DNA from: an uncultured Planctomycetaceae bacterium
GTDB taxonomy: Bacteria; Planctomycetota; Planctomycetia; Planctomycetales; Planctomycetaceae
Assembly (NCBI GenBank): GCA_963813715.1
Contig: CAWFAK010000007.1
Span: 416,001 to 480,000, forward strand
DNA length: 64,000 bases
Direction of reading: 5' to 3'
A program made the translations under genes and the position numbers. Of the stretch, positions 47,059 to 58,668 are shown in pieces. The first letter of the stretch is position 1, and each line of letters starts with the position of its first letter. The notes below the pieces were generated by a model that was not told the DNA's origin, ran no database searches, and worked only from the letters and a program-made list of their open reading frames with translations.

Positions 47059-48659
47059 GCACGCTTGCCCTGGCGCCAGCCACGACCGGCCACAATCAAC
47101 CCCTGGGTGGTCGCCATTGTGGTGGTCATTCCGACCTTCATGGAGGTGCTCGACACCACCATCGCCAACGTCGCGCTGCGCTACATTGCCGGGGGGCTGT
47201 CGGCGGCCGTGATCGACAGCGAGTGGGTGATCACGAGCTATCTGGCCGCCAACGCCACGATTCTGCCGATTTCGGGGTGGCTCTCGGCTCGTCTGGGCCG
47301 ACGCAACTACTTCATGATTTCGATCGCCATCTTCACGATCGCCTCGGGCCTGTGCGGCTCGCGACAAGCTTGAACCAGTTGATCGCGTTTCGTGTCCTGC
47401 AGGGGCTGGCCGGCGGCGGTTTGCAGCCCAGCAGTCAGGCAGTCCTGATCGACGCCTTTCCCAAGGAGAAGCAGGGAGCCGCCATGACGGTCTTCGGCCT
47501 GGCAGCCTTGCTGGCGCCGGTGATCGGGCCAACGTTGGGGGGCTACCTCACCGACTATTACAACTGGCGCTATATCTTTTACATCAATCTGCCCGTCGGG
47601 ACGGTGGCACTGATCGCCTGCTGGCTGCTGCTGGACGATCCCCCGTATCTCAAGGCCGAGCGCGCCGAGCTTTTGAAGAGGCCGCTCAATTTCGACTACA
47701 TCGGTTTCGGCCTCTTGGCGCTCGTCATGTCTTCGTGGGAAATCATGCTCAGCAAGGGCCAGCAGTGGGATTGGCTGGGCGACGTCTTCTGGCGGATTCA
47801 GACTCTGGTGGTTCTGTTCTTTGGGGGGTTGTTCTTCTTGGTCCTCCGCGAGACGCGGATCAGGAACCCCGTGGTCGACTTTCGTCCACTGCGCGAACGG
47901 AACTTCGCCGCCTCGTGCATCATCATTTTTTGTGCCTACGGAGCACTCTACGCGTCGAGCACGTCGCTTCCGGCCCTCTTGCAATCGTTGTTCGGATACG
48001 ATGCTTACCACTCGGGTCTGGTCTTGTCGCCGTCGGGAATCGCCTCGATCCTCGTGTTGATCATTGTCGGCCGATTGCTTGGTCTTGGCATCGACGCCCG
48101 CTGGTTCATCGCGATCGGACTCTTGGTGCTGGGGGCTTCCGCATACTGGACGTCGCTGCTCAACCTCCAGATCAGCCCGTGGCAGGTCGTCTGGCCGCGG
48201 GTCGTGCTGATCGCCGGCCTGTCGATGATTTTTGCCCCGATCAACGTGGCCGCGTACATCTATACGCCCCGCGAAATACGGGGGGCGGCGGTTGGGCTCT
48301 TCGCACTCTTGCGCAATGAAGGGGGCAGCGTCGGGACTTCCATGGCCCAAACCATCCAGGAGCGCCGCGAGACTTTTCATGAGCTGCGGCTCGGTGAGCA
48401 TCTTGATCCCTTCAACCCGAACGTTGTCGCGTTCGCCCACCAATCGCAGGCGGCCCTCTATCGGCTCACCGGCGACCCGGTCGGGGCGAAACGTATGAGC
48501 TTGCAGGTGCTCGAGAATCTGCGGCTGCAGCAGGCGTCGTCGCTGGCTTATTTCGACGTCTTCTGGGTGACCGGCGTGATCTCGTTCGCGCTCGTCTTTC
48601 TCGTGCTGCTCATGAAGCGATCGGTCGCCGAAAAGGGCGCACAGATCGGCGGGGAGTGA
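47055..48659 (+). CDS. DHA2/EmrB-family MFS efflux permease, N-terminal frameshifts
   Basis: FMEVLDTTIANVAL, WVITSYL, APVIGPTLGG, FYINLPVG, RNEGGSVG. Confidence 0.92.
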   Translation: MSTLALAPATTGHNQPLGGRHCGGHSDLHGGARHHHRQRRAALHCRGAVGGRDRQRVGDHELSGRQRHDSADFGVALGSSGPTQLLHDFDRHLHDRLGPVRLATSLNQLIAFRVLQGLAGGGLQPSSQAVLIDAFPKEKQGAAMTVFGLAALLAPVIGPTLGGYLTDYYNWRYIFYINLPVGTVALIACWLLLDDPPYLKAERAELLKRPLNFDYIGFGLLALVMSSWEIMLSKGQQWDWLGDVFWRIQTLVVLFFGGLFFLVLRETRIRNPVVDFRPLRERNFAASCIIIFCAYGALYASSTSLPALLQSLFGYDAYHSGLVLSPSGIASILVLIIVGRLLGLGIDARWFIAIGLLVLGASAYWTSLLNLQISPWQVVWPRVVLIAGLSMIFAPINVAAYIYTPREIRGAAVGLFALLRNEGGSVGTSMAQTIQERRETFHELRLGEHLDPFNPNVVAFAHQSQAALYRLTGDPVGAKRMSLQVLENLRLQQASSLAYFDVFWVTGVISFALVFLVLLMKRSVAEKGAQIGGE

Positions 48660-48882
48660 GCCCGCGGATTGCGTCTTCTTCGGCGACATTTCGCGTTTCC
48701 GCGCACTTCGGCAGAGAACCCGGAACCGTTTCGTCCGGAATAAACGGCACCCTCCGCGCCGCATTTTCGTTGCGTTCGCTGCTTCCGGTAAGCGCCGCCT
48801 TCCAAACGTGCCGACTCAATCGGTTGCAACGATTGCGCCGGCGTGCGCCTGCGTGCCACGCAAGGTCTGATTGAGGTTAGGG

Positions 48883-50707
48883 ATGACCGCTCCAACGATG
48901 AGTCCCGCGCACCGCACAATGGATGGTCCGCGCACGAAGGACTTTTGCGAATCCGGCACCCGTCCGCTCGGACGATCGGCCGTGACCGCGCGGGGCTGCC
49001 TGGTTCGCGCCCTGCTCGCCGCGACCCTCACCGCGGGATGCACGACGCCGAGCGAATACGTGCACAACGGCTTCAAGGTCGGCCCGAACTATTGTCCGCC
49101 CGACGCGGCCGTCGCCGCAAACTGGATCGACGCGAGCGACAAGCGCGTGCGGAGCGATTCGGACGACCTGAGCCAGTGGTGGCGGGTCTTCAACGATCCC
49201 GTGCTCGACGGCCTGATCAACGACGCTTATCGGCAGAACCTCACGCTTCGCGAGGCCGGCTTCCGCGTGTTGGCCGCCCGCGCCCAGTTGGGCATCGCCA
49301 TCGGCAACCTGTTCCCGCAGCAGCAATACGCCTTCGGCGACTACTCGCGCAACACGATCAGCAAGGAAACGGCCAACAACATTCTCGGCATCGGCACGGC
49401 GCTCAACGTGCCCGGGCTCCAGCGGAACTTCAACCAGTGGGATTACGGTTTCGGCATCGGCTGGGAGCTCGACTTCTGGGGCCGCTTCCGCCGGGCCGTC
49501 GAGGCGAACGAAGCCAACCTGGGCGCGTCGGTCGCCGATTACGACGACGTGCTGGTCACGCTCTTGGGCGACGTGGCGAGCAACTACGTCCAGTTCCGCA
49601 CGCTCGAGCGGCAGATCGCCTACGCGAAATACAACGTCGACTTGCAGCAGCAGACGCTGACGATCGTCGAGGCGAGGTTCCGCGCCGGCACCACGGGCGA
49701 GCTGGACGTGCACCAGTCGCGTTCGACGCTCGCCCAGACACAAGCCGGCATCCCCGAGCTGGAAATCAGTCAGCGTCAAACGGCTAACCAGCTCTGCATC
49801 CTGATGGGCATTCCGCCCGAGGACCTGCAGGCCCGGCTCGGAACGGCCGCCATTCCGACGACCCCCACCGACCTGGCCGTGGGCATTCCCGCCGATCTCC
49901 TGCGACGCCGGCCCGACGTCCGCCGCGCCGAACGAAACGCGGCCGCCCAGTCGGCCCAGATCGGCATCGCCGAGGCCGACTTCTACCCAGCGATCTCGAT
50001 CGTTGGCACGATCGGCTACTCGGCCGAGGCGTTCCCCAACCTGTTCCGTCAGGCCGCGCTCGACGGGACCATTGGCCCCAGCTTCAACTGGAAGATCCTC
50101 AACTACGGCCGCATCCTCAACAACGTCCGCGAGCAAAGGGCCAAGTTCCAGGAGCTGGTGACGGCGTACCAGCAAACGGTCCTCAACGCCGATCGCGAGG
50201 CGGAGAACGGCCTGATCACGTTCCTCCGCGCCAAACGCGGACGCAGTTCCAGACCGAAAGCGTCGACCGGGCACAGAAGGCCGTCACGCTGGGGCTCGTG
50301 CAATACCAGGCCGGCACGGTCGACTTCACCCGCATCACGCAGCTCGAACAGAACCTGGTGCTGCAGCAAAATACGCTCGCGGTCGCCCGCGGCGAAATCG
50401 CCCAGGGCCTGATTCAAACCTACCGCGCCTTGGGTGGTGGCTGGGAGAATCGTCAGGCGCTCGACGCCGGCACGTCCGGTCCGCAAGAGGTCGTGCTGAC
50501 GAACGTCGTGCCCCTGCCGGGAGCCCCACCCGCCCCGCTCCGCCAGCCCAAGCGCCGCCGGCCCAAGCATCTCCGGCCCAAACTCCGCCTGTCCAAGCTC
50601 CGCCGGCCCAAGTGCCGACCGCCCCGGTTCCGGCGGCCCCTATGCCGGCCAAAACTCCAGCGGCGGCAACTCCCCCAGGCCCGCAAGTGCCGAATCCGCG
50701 GTATTAA
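48883..50707 (+). CDS. Efflux outer membrane lipoprotein (NodT/TolC), frameshifts; Pro/Ala/Gln-rich tail
   Basis: Lipobox LTAGC, VGPNY, WELDFWG, DLLRRRPDVRRAE, YRALGGGW. Confidence 0.9.
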
Positions 50708-50832
50708 GCCGCGTGGGCCGCGTCATCGTTCTGCGTCGAATCGGCGCCGCAAGAAAACAGCCACGGACTGCGTGAGCAATCCGTGGCTGGCTAAAAGCTT
50801 TCGCGAAGCAAAGCCGACCCTGTTGGGCCGTC

Positions 50833-52631
50833 TCAACCTCCGCAGCAGTTGCAGGCAGCTGTGCACGCCGGCTGACAAGCCGGTCCTACGGGCACTTGCA
50901 CCGTCACCTTCTGCGGCACCATCTTGCAGACCTGGACCGTGACGCTCTTCGTCACGTTCACCGGCACGCAGACCGTGTACTTCTCCGTCTGCTTGCGCTG
51001 AACCAGCTGGCAGATCGTTTCGTTGTACGTCTCGGTCTTCTGCTTCGGCACACACACCGTGTAGTTCACGGTGCGAGTCTGCTGCTCGTTCACGTACTCG
51101 CAAACCGGCACCGTTCGCGTCCGCGTTTCGTTCTTCGTCAGGCAGACGTTGTACTGATAGGTCTCCGTGCTGGGGACCATCTCGCACACGCGCACGGTCT
51201 GAGTTCGCGCCTCATTCCGGGTCAGGCAGACGTTGTAGTTGTACGTCTGCTGGGTCGGCACCATTTCGCACACGGGCACCGTCCGGGTCCGGGTTTCGTT
51301 CCGGGTCAGGCACACGTTGTACTGGTACGATTCGGTCGAGGGGACCATTTCGCACACGGTGACGGTCCGCGACCGGTTCTCGTTCCGAGTCAGGCACACG
51401 TTGTACTGATAGCTCTCCGTGCTGGAGACCATCTCGCACACCTTGACGGTCTGGGTCCGGGTTTCCGGGCGGCAGAGCGTGACCTGATAGGTGTAGGGAA
51501 CTTGAACGGTCTGGACTTCATTGCAGGTGTAGTTTTCCTGCTTCTGAACCATGTTCGCGACCCACGTCCGGCAAGTCGCCGGAGCACACGACGGAGTGTA
51601 GGCCGCCGTCGTGCAACCGCTGCCGACAGCCGCCGTGCAGCCGCCACAACCCGTATTGCAACCGCCGCAGCCCGTGTTGCAGCCACCACAGGCCGTCGCG
51701 CAACCGCCCGCAGGCGCCAACCGCCGGCCGCGGCCGGAGCCGGCCGATCTTCCCAGTGGCCCTGATCGACGCACACAGTCCGCGTGCGAGTGACAGGAAC
51801 CGTGTGACACTCAGTCCGCGTTCCCTGCCGATTTTCGGTGTAAGGAACTTGGACCGTGTACGACTGAGCGACCTCTTTCCACACCGGCTTGCAGACCGTC
51901 CGAGTGCCCGTCCGCGCTTCCGTGTAAGGAACGCAAACGGTGTAGTTCTCGGTGACCTGCTTCGACACCGGACGGCAAACCGTCCGGGTGCCCGTCCGCG
52001 TTTCCATATAGGGAACACAAACGGTGTAGTTCTGCGTGACCTGCTTCGTCACCGGCTTCATGACGGTGCAGGTGGCCGTCCGCGTTTCCGTGTACGGAAT
52101 GCAAACGGTGTAGTTCTGCACGACGTCTTTGTAGACCGGCTTGCACACCGTCCGAGTGCCCGTGCGAGCCTCGGTGTAGGGAACGCAGACCGTGTAGTTC
52201 TCGGTGACCTGCTTGGTTACCGGCTTGCACACGGTGTACGTTTCCTGCCGCGATTGCTGCTGCTGCTCGTAGACGGTGTAGGTGCGAGTTTTCTGCACGG
52301 TCTGGGGGACCTGCTCGCAGACCGTCACCTCGCGCGAACGCTCTTCATTGTGATATTCGACCGAGGGAACCTGCCGCGTCTCGTTAACGTAGCTGGGCAC
52401 CATCACCGTGCGTTCTTCCGTGCGATACTGGGGAGCGCACGGAGCGGCGGCAGCCGCCGGAGCACACGGGGCGGCGGCCGTCGCACAGGGCGCCGGAGCA
52501 CAGCCCGCAGCAGCGGGGACGGGAGCGGAACTGGGAGGCGGTGCACATTGAGCGGCGCCCCCTTTCGCGGCAAGCGCTGACCACGTCAGCACCGCCATCC
52601 AACAGACGGTGTAGCGATTCTTTAATGTCAT
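50833..52631 (-). CDS. Cys-rich YTV-repeat protein, frameshift near 51720-51760
   Basis: Signal peptide; 14-aa half units/84-nt period (ACCGG at 51883, 51967, 52051, 52135, 52219); YTVC repeats as in Pfam YTV. Confidence 0.88.
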
Positions 52632-53222
52632 GCGGGACTCCTTACAAAGGTGCGCAACTCTGCCCACGTGCCCGGCGACACTGCGAGCGCTCCCTCGCCC
52701 GGTGACCCCTGGCCGCAGGTCGGATCTAAAACATCCCCCCGTTCCCTCGACCCACAGCTGCCCAGACTCTTTCCGGCAGCAGCCACAGGAGAACGAAGGC
52801 TCAGTCGTCAAACTGGGAAAGATACGTAAGAAATACCAAGGGTTCGCCCGCTTCGCCAGTGTTTCCCAACATAAAGCGCAGCACGGTGATTGCGTTCGAG
52901 GCACCCGTCGCATCGCGATGCCCGCGTTTCGCTCGGAAAAATCGCGGATCCGCGCAGTTTTTCGACACCGGTTTCAAAAACGAAAAAATGTGGGGCGAAG
53001 TTGGCGAGGCCCTGCACTCGGTGGTTTCGCGTGGCGTCGGTGGCGAATGGCTCTCATTTCGACCGTCGCTTGGCTCACATCCGGCCAGCCTTGCGTCGAT
53101 CGCGCCTCGTGTTTCTGTATAAAGCCGGGGAGCGGACTCGCGGCACGTTGCGCGAGGCAATCCGCGCAAAAAAATCCAAACGCACGACATCGCTGCGAAG
53201 ACGACGAGCTTCGGCGGGCCAG

Positions 53223-54091
53223 TTACTGCGCCTGCTGCAACAGCAGTACGGCAATGTCGCTCAAGAACGCGTCGCGGTCAACGCGCGAGCCCGGACCGCA
53301 ATTCACATGCGTTCGATTGGCCGTCCAGCCGCCCAAGATCGTGTGCGTCGGCTTGAGCAACTTCGCGTACTCATCGAGGAACAGCGTTGAAGGCCGGACA
53401 CGTCGGCCACGAGTGATTCGTAATTCGGCTGCGGATTGGGCGACGAATCGAAGTGCGCCTTGAGTGACCCGTCGAGCAGGCCTGCCGTCCGCAACGCCGG
53501 AATCAGTTGCTCGCTTAAGTCCCGCTCCAAAGTCGCGCAAAACGGCGGTTCGCGCAACAGCGTCAACAACAACTGCGGATTGCCGCGCAGGCCCACGATC
53601 ACGCGACTCTGGTACGGCTCTTCGATCCCGTTCAGCCTGGCGAGCTGCGACATCAAATCGCCTTCCTTCTCCAGCGTGAAATAATGTGCAGGCAGCTTGA
53701 GCAACGACGGCATGTCGTCCTCGGGCAGCTTCGCGAGAAACGCCACCAGGTGCGCCTCGGTCGGCCGCTGCGGCTCGGGCATCTCAACCGCCACGCCCTT
53801 CCAGCCGCAGAGCCCAAACTGGTGCACGCCGAAACTCTCCGGCGTCGGCGTGCTGGTGTCGGACTGATGTCGACACAGTCGCTCCCAAAAACCCTTGAGC
53901 CTCCGCTGCTGCTCCGCGTCTGGGTGCGCCATCGACGCAAGGAAGCCGGCCGGATTGGCGAACGCGGCCCCGGGTAAGCCCATGTGTGCGAAGAGATAGG
54001 CGATCGACGGTCCGCCGCCAGCAGTCGGATTCGCCGGCGTCGGTCGAGCCGGCGCCGGCTCGCGACGCCGAAAGATGTCGCCAAGTCCCAT
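53223..54091 (-). CDS. Hypothetical protein, frameshift near 53420-53500
   Basis: EMPEP..EAHLV..YFTLEK then TILGGWT..HVNCGPG in ORF 53223..53540. Confidence 0.6.
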
Positions 54092-54219
54092 CGCGGTGCC
54101 CTCCCCGCTTGCGAAACGTCTCGATCCACTGTCAGCGCCGCGCGATCCGCAATTCTCCGCATGATTCTGCGCACGATTTGCCCGGCGAGATCGACTGCCG
54201 CGCGTTCCTCGGCGAATCG

Positions 54220-54912
54220 TTATTTCGCCATCACTTCGGCCAGCTCGTCGTAGGCCTTGAGATACTCGTCCAGCACGGCCTGCATGTCGGGACCGTCGGG
54301 CATCGTCTCGAGCTGTTCTTCGAGTCGCAGGATCTTCCGCACGAGCGGCCGCACCTCGAGCGTTTTATCGACGCCGATCAGCGAGCGGACTTCGTGACAG
54401 TCGGGACACTGGCAGACCCACTTTCGCCCGGCCTCCATGTCCCGCTTGATGTGCGCGTTCGCGGTGGCCCGCATGTGGGCCATGTCGCGCGACACCGGCA
54501 CCACCGCCGGCTCCGTCCGCCGCGGCCACGCTCCGCCTTCCCGCCCTTTGCCGAACCAAAACGCGAAGACGCCGCCAGCCACGATCGAAATCTTCGTGAT
54601 CGACTCCAGGTCGCCCAGGTGCTTGACGAAATATCCAAGGCTGGCGTCAACGATGAACGGAGCAAACCGCCACTCGGTCAGCACGCCCACCACCAAACCC
54701 AGCACGCCGCACGCAACGCCCAATGCGTTCGACTTCCCGCCCGAGAGCGCTCCGCAACCGAGGCCCAACACGGCCCCCGGCAGGATCAACGCGTAAAATC
54801 CCAACCGCGTTAGCAGGAAGAAAGCCGAACTGCCGACAGCCGCCCCAATCGCCGCCCCCACCAGCCCGGCCGGCCACTCGCCCGCTTTGACTTTTCCCAC
54901 ACCGCTCGCCAT
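54220..54912 (-). CDS. Hypothetical membrane protein with C-terminal CxCxxC motif
   Basis: Four Gly-rich TM segments, WVCQCPDC, helical tail. Confidence 0.65.
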   Translation of the reverse strand: MASGVGKVKAGEWPAGLVGAAIGAAVGSSAFFLLTRLGFYALILPGAVLGLGCGALSGGKSNALGVACGVLGLVVGVLTEWRFAPFIVDASLGYFVKHLGDLESITKISIVAGGVFAFWFGKGREGGAWPRRTEPAVVPVSRDMAHMRATANAHIKRDMEAGRKWVCQCPDCHEVRSLIGVDKTLEVRPLVRKILRLEEQLETMPDGPDMQAVLDEYLKAYDELAEVMAK

Positions 54913-55096
54913 GCGAAATCCGCCCCAAAATCCGCCGCTTGAATCGAATGACGCGCCGGTCGCGGCCGCCGCGATTTCACTTCATTTTCATCGTACAGCA
55001 ACTGCGCGGGTGAGCCAACAACCTGTCGCGGCTCGCTGCAACGGAGTCTCCCAATGCGTCCGCACTCAGTCCGGGCGAACGGGCGCGCTCGCCACC

Positions 55097-55702
55097 CTAG
55101 TGCCGGCTCGAATCGTGCCCCAGCGAGTGATGGCCGGTCAGGTCGTACTCGTGCCGATACGGATCGTGCGACTCGTGACCCGAGTGATATGGGTGACCGT
55201 GATGATGCGCGTGATACGGCTCGAAGGCCCGCCGCGCGTCGCGATACAGATAGGCGACGCCGGCCAGCAGCCCCAGCGACGTCAGCGCGAAGAACCCGAG
55301 GGCCACCCAGTTGTGATGGCCGGCCACGCGCGACACGCCCGTCCGACCGGGCACATACTCCACGTCCATCACGTCCGGCGGCGGCCCCCACCAGCTCGGC
55401 ACCGCATCCACCTCTTCGCGATGGCCGCCCGTCTTCGCGTCGGTGAACGCGTACCGAATGATGAACGCGTCATCGGTTTCATCCGGCGCGTTGGCCCGAA
55501 TCACCGAGGCCTGAGCCGTCCGTCCCCAAGCCCAATACCGCACGTCCCCCAAAACAAAACAAGCCGAGATCAAAAACGCCACCGCGACCAGGACGCACGA
55601 CAAACACCCCCACAGAGCCGGCTCGCTGTACTCTTCCTTCCAGGCATAACGTCTCCCGCCCCACCCGAAATCGAAGAAATCGATGAGGTCTTCGTACGAC
55701 AT
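55097..55702 (-). CDS. DUF3592-like membrane protein with His-rich tail
   Basis: TM - IRYAFTD..DVEYVPG..SR - TM architecture; tail YHAHHHGHPYHSGHESHD. Confidence 0.6.
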   Translation of the reverse strand: MSYEDLIDFFDFGWGGRRYAWKEEYSEPALWGCLSCVLVAVAFLISACFVLGDVRYWAWGRTAQASVIRANAPDETDDAFIIRYAFTDAKTGGHREEVDAVPSWWGPPPDVMDVEYVPGRTGVSRVAGHHNWVALGFFALTSLGLLAGVAYLYRDARRAFEPYHAHHHGHPYHSGHESHDPYRHEYDLTGHHSLGHDSSRH

Positions 55703-55825
55703 CCACGGCCCTCTGCTCCACCCGGCCTTGTTCCGCCTTCAACCCACCGCGATTCCAGCATAACGCCACCGACCGCCAACCGGATCACGCGGAAGCGGGA
55801 GCATCCCCTCGGTCCCAAGCTCCGG

Positions 55826-56806
55826 AGGATTTTGCATGAACCGACGTTAGGCCTTGCGCAAAAACGAGTTGGCTTCGATGATGCCCTTTGTTGTTTCCAT
55901 ACAAGCAGGAGGGGGGTCATGGAAGACCAACTCTGGAAGGCGATTTGGCGACTGTTGAAGGAGATGCACAAGCCGAGGCGTCGGGCGAGGGAGAAATTCA
56001 GCGTCGAGGACATCGTGCGTGTCTGGTTTTGGGCGGTTGTGCACGACCGTCCGGTCTTCTGGGCGACTTTGAAAGCGAATTGGCCGATCCACGAAAGGCG
56101 ACGAACGCTTCCATCCTCCAGCACGATGAGTCGAAGACTTCGCGACCCGGAGGTTCAGGGCTTGATCACGGTCTTGGAGCAGACAGTCTTCGAGCCTTCC
56201 GACAACAAGCCGCTGGTTTGGGTCATCGACGGAAAACCTCTGATAGTGAGCGGCGCAAGCGGCGATCGTCAGGCGGGATTTGGCCGTGCCCAGCGCGGCA
56301 ACGCTCGGGGTTATAAACTGCACTTAATCCAGGGAATTGACGGGCTTGTCGCCGCCTGGCGGATCGCGCCCATGAACAAAGACGAGCGGGTGATGGCTCG
56401 TCGCATGGTGCGAACAGCCGACATCCAGGGCTACCTCTTGGCCGATGCCAACTACGACTCCAATCCACTTCACGAGGTTTGCGCCGCGCGGTGATCTTCA
56501 ACTCGTGGCGCCCTTGCGTGGTGGCCGCAAGTGTGAGTCCCGACGACCCAAAATGAGCCTCGGACGAAGACGGGCCGCCGAACTGTTTGACAATCCGAAC
56601 CCGCAATTCGCGAGAGACCTGATGCTGCTCCGGAACACCATCGAACGATCCCTCGCGAATCTGACCAATTGGGGAGGCGGACTCACGCACCTGCCGCCTT
56701 GGGTCCGCACTCACCGAAGAGTTCACCGTTGGGTGCAGGCGAAGCTGATTCTCAACGCAATCAAGCGGGCCTCGACACGAACTTACGTCAATTCATGAAA
56801 AATGCT
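55826..56806 (+). mobile_element. ~980-bp DDE insertion sequence (IS5/IS982-like) inserted in a REP hairpin loop
   Basis: TIRs AGGATTTTGCATGAA / TTCATGAAAAATGCT; CGG duplicated (55823-55825, 56807-56809). Confidence 0.85.
55919..56798 (+). CDS. DDE transposase, frameshift near 56490
   Basis: VIDGKPL, GYKLH, LLADANYD, RNTIER. Confidence 0.88.
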
Positions 56807-56989
56807 CGGGAGCTTGGGAACGAGCCCAACTGCCGTACGAAGCCGTGTTTCGCGAAAGTGCGGCCCCTAGCCGAGCCTGGGAAATGCGCTCGTTTGTACC
56901 ATGGTTTATTCTTGTTAGACTCCTTGGTCCCGTGACGCTGCGTTGTGGTCCATACATTCGCTCGAGTATCTATCGCCGGAGCACATACC

Positions 56990-58154
56990 ATGCAACGACA
57001 CTCGTTACTCACAATTGCACTGTGGTCTGCAGCCGTCTGCGTCGGATGTGGAAGGACCGTCACTTGGCTCCCCGATTCGTCGGGGTTCGTTTACGTCTCA
57101 GCGGTGAATGGGGACCTTTACGTCTCGAGACCCATCGGGACTGTTCCCCAAAACACCTTTCTTTGCCATGCCGGCATCGCCACGATACTTCCTGCAATTA
57201 GCCCGTCGGGTGATCGAATTGCAGTTGCCAGCATCGACACGCATTCGCCTCACGTTCCGCTGAGCCTTTCTTTCTTCGACTTGTCAGGTCGTTTGCAGCA
57301 ACAGTCGCCTGTCGTTGAGCTTCCTCGATTTCACTATCTGGGCGTTCCCATCGCTCTGTATTGGAGTACGGTAGACCCCCGGCTCATCCTTGTGTCCTTA
57401 ACCGGTATTGGCAGCGATACTCGCTGCGCAGTGGCGCTCTTCAACGTCGAGTCGAACGTCTGGACCGTCGTCAACGACGCCCACGTGCTACCCGTTTCAG
57501 GGTCGCCCTTTCTTACGCGAAGATCGTCCTTCCTCGTTGTTCAGACATCGCCGCCTGCCTTCCGGATTGCACTGGTTGACGAGCACGGCACCGCTTCAAG
57601 TCTGACTGCGGATCCCGCAATATTCACAAATGGGATTAACCTGGCTCTCCTGGGCGATCCCTGCGTGCATCAATCATATTGGGAGCGCGAAGTGGCCGTA
57701 ATTAGGTGGTCCAGTCAGGCGATTCGCATTGACACGGCGAACAGGCGGGCGGAAACGGTCGCGGTTACGCCGCTGCTTTCACAAGAACGGCAAGATTATT
57801 CAGGACCTCTACACATTCAATGGCCCGTTTCGAGTCGACGTGAGGTTCTGCGAGCTTCAACCCCGGTATGACTTGAGAAGAAGCGCGCCGCCAACGAGCC
57901 CCGGCGGCGGCCTTTTCAACAGCGTGCACATCCCGACCGGGGACGGCCAATACCGACTCGACATTGTCACCGTCTCGGCAAGCGGCCAGGTGACTCCGAT
58001 GAAAACGATTTCCGACAAAGTCGTACTCTGGAATATTGCGGCATCACCGAACAAAAGACTGTTGACCGTGCGAATGCGCGACAAGTTCTCGGGAAATCAG
58101 GTTGTCGTGATCAACAGCGCAGGTCGCGTGGTATCCTCATTGCTTGAGCAATAG
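56990..58154 (+). CDS. Putative lipoprotein with TolB/WD40-like beta-propeller, frameshift near 57790
   Basis: MQRHSLLTIALWSAAVCVGC lipobox-like, WLPDSSGFVY, ISPSGDRIAV, ASPNKRLL; visibly lower GC. Confidence 0.6.
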
Positions 58155-58275
58155 ACCGACCAATGTGTCAGACTGCCTCTCTTGCCGGCACTCGCTCCAA
58201 AAGAAAACACGGCTGGGTCTCGGTGACTCAGCCGTGCGAGTTTGCGGTGGTTGAGAGCGGGGCCGCCCAAGCAGC

Positions 58276-58668
58276 CTACTTCTCCTTATTCGGGGCGACG
58301 CCCAGTTCGTCGACGGTTTCGTTGACGCCGAGGGTGGATTGGGCCAGTTCGACGGCGTGGTGTTTGGCTTCGGAGGTCGGGACGCTGCCCTTGAGCACGA
58401 CCACGCCGCCGTCTTTCGTCTCAACCTGGAACGGGGCGTCGGCCAGTTGCTTGTCCCAGTAGAGCCGGGCGTAGACGCGGCCCTGGATCGTCATGCGGTG
58501 CGTGGCCTTCTGAATGTCGCCCCACGACTCGCGGAGCTTTTTCTCGGCCCGGTGCAGCTCGCGATCGACCTTGTCGCTGATCGAGTCTTCCTTCTGCTGG
58601 CCGACCGCGTTCATCGCGCCGAACAAAAACACCACGCAAACGGCCCCGCGCAAAAAGTTCCGCGTCAT
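58276..58668 (-). CDS. BON domain protein
   Basis: Signal peptide, RVYARLYWDK, GVVVLKGSVP..AVELAQSTLGVNETVDEL. Confidence 0.88.
   Translation of the reverse strand: MTRNFLRGAVCVVFLFGAMNAVGQQKEDSISDKVDRELHRAEKKLRESWGDIQKATHRMTIQGRVYARLYWDKQLADAPFQVETKDGGVVVLKGSVPTSEAKHHAVELAQSTLGVNETVDELGVAPNKEK

Larger units (their letters stand above)
55808..56885. repeat. REP-like palindrome split by the IS, plus degenerate downstream hairpins
   Basis: CTCGGTCCCAAGCTC (55808-55822) pairs with GAGCTTGGGAACGAG (56810-56824); CGAAGC..TTCG and CCTAG..CCTGGGAA follow. Confidence 0.7.

Noticed and set aside
54887..56494. 535-aa transposase with long N-terminal extension
   Set aside because: The extension is antisense to the 55097..55702 gene and lies outside the IS inverted repeat; the real start is 55919
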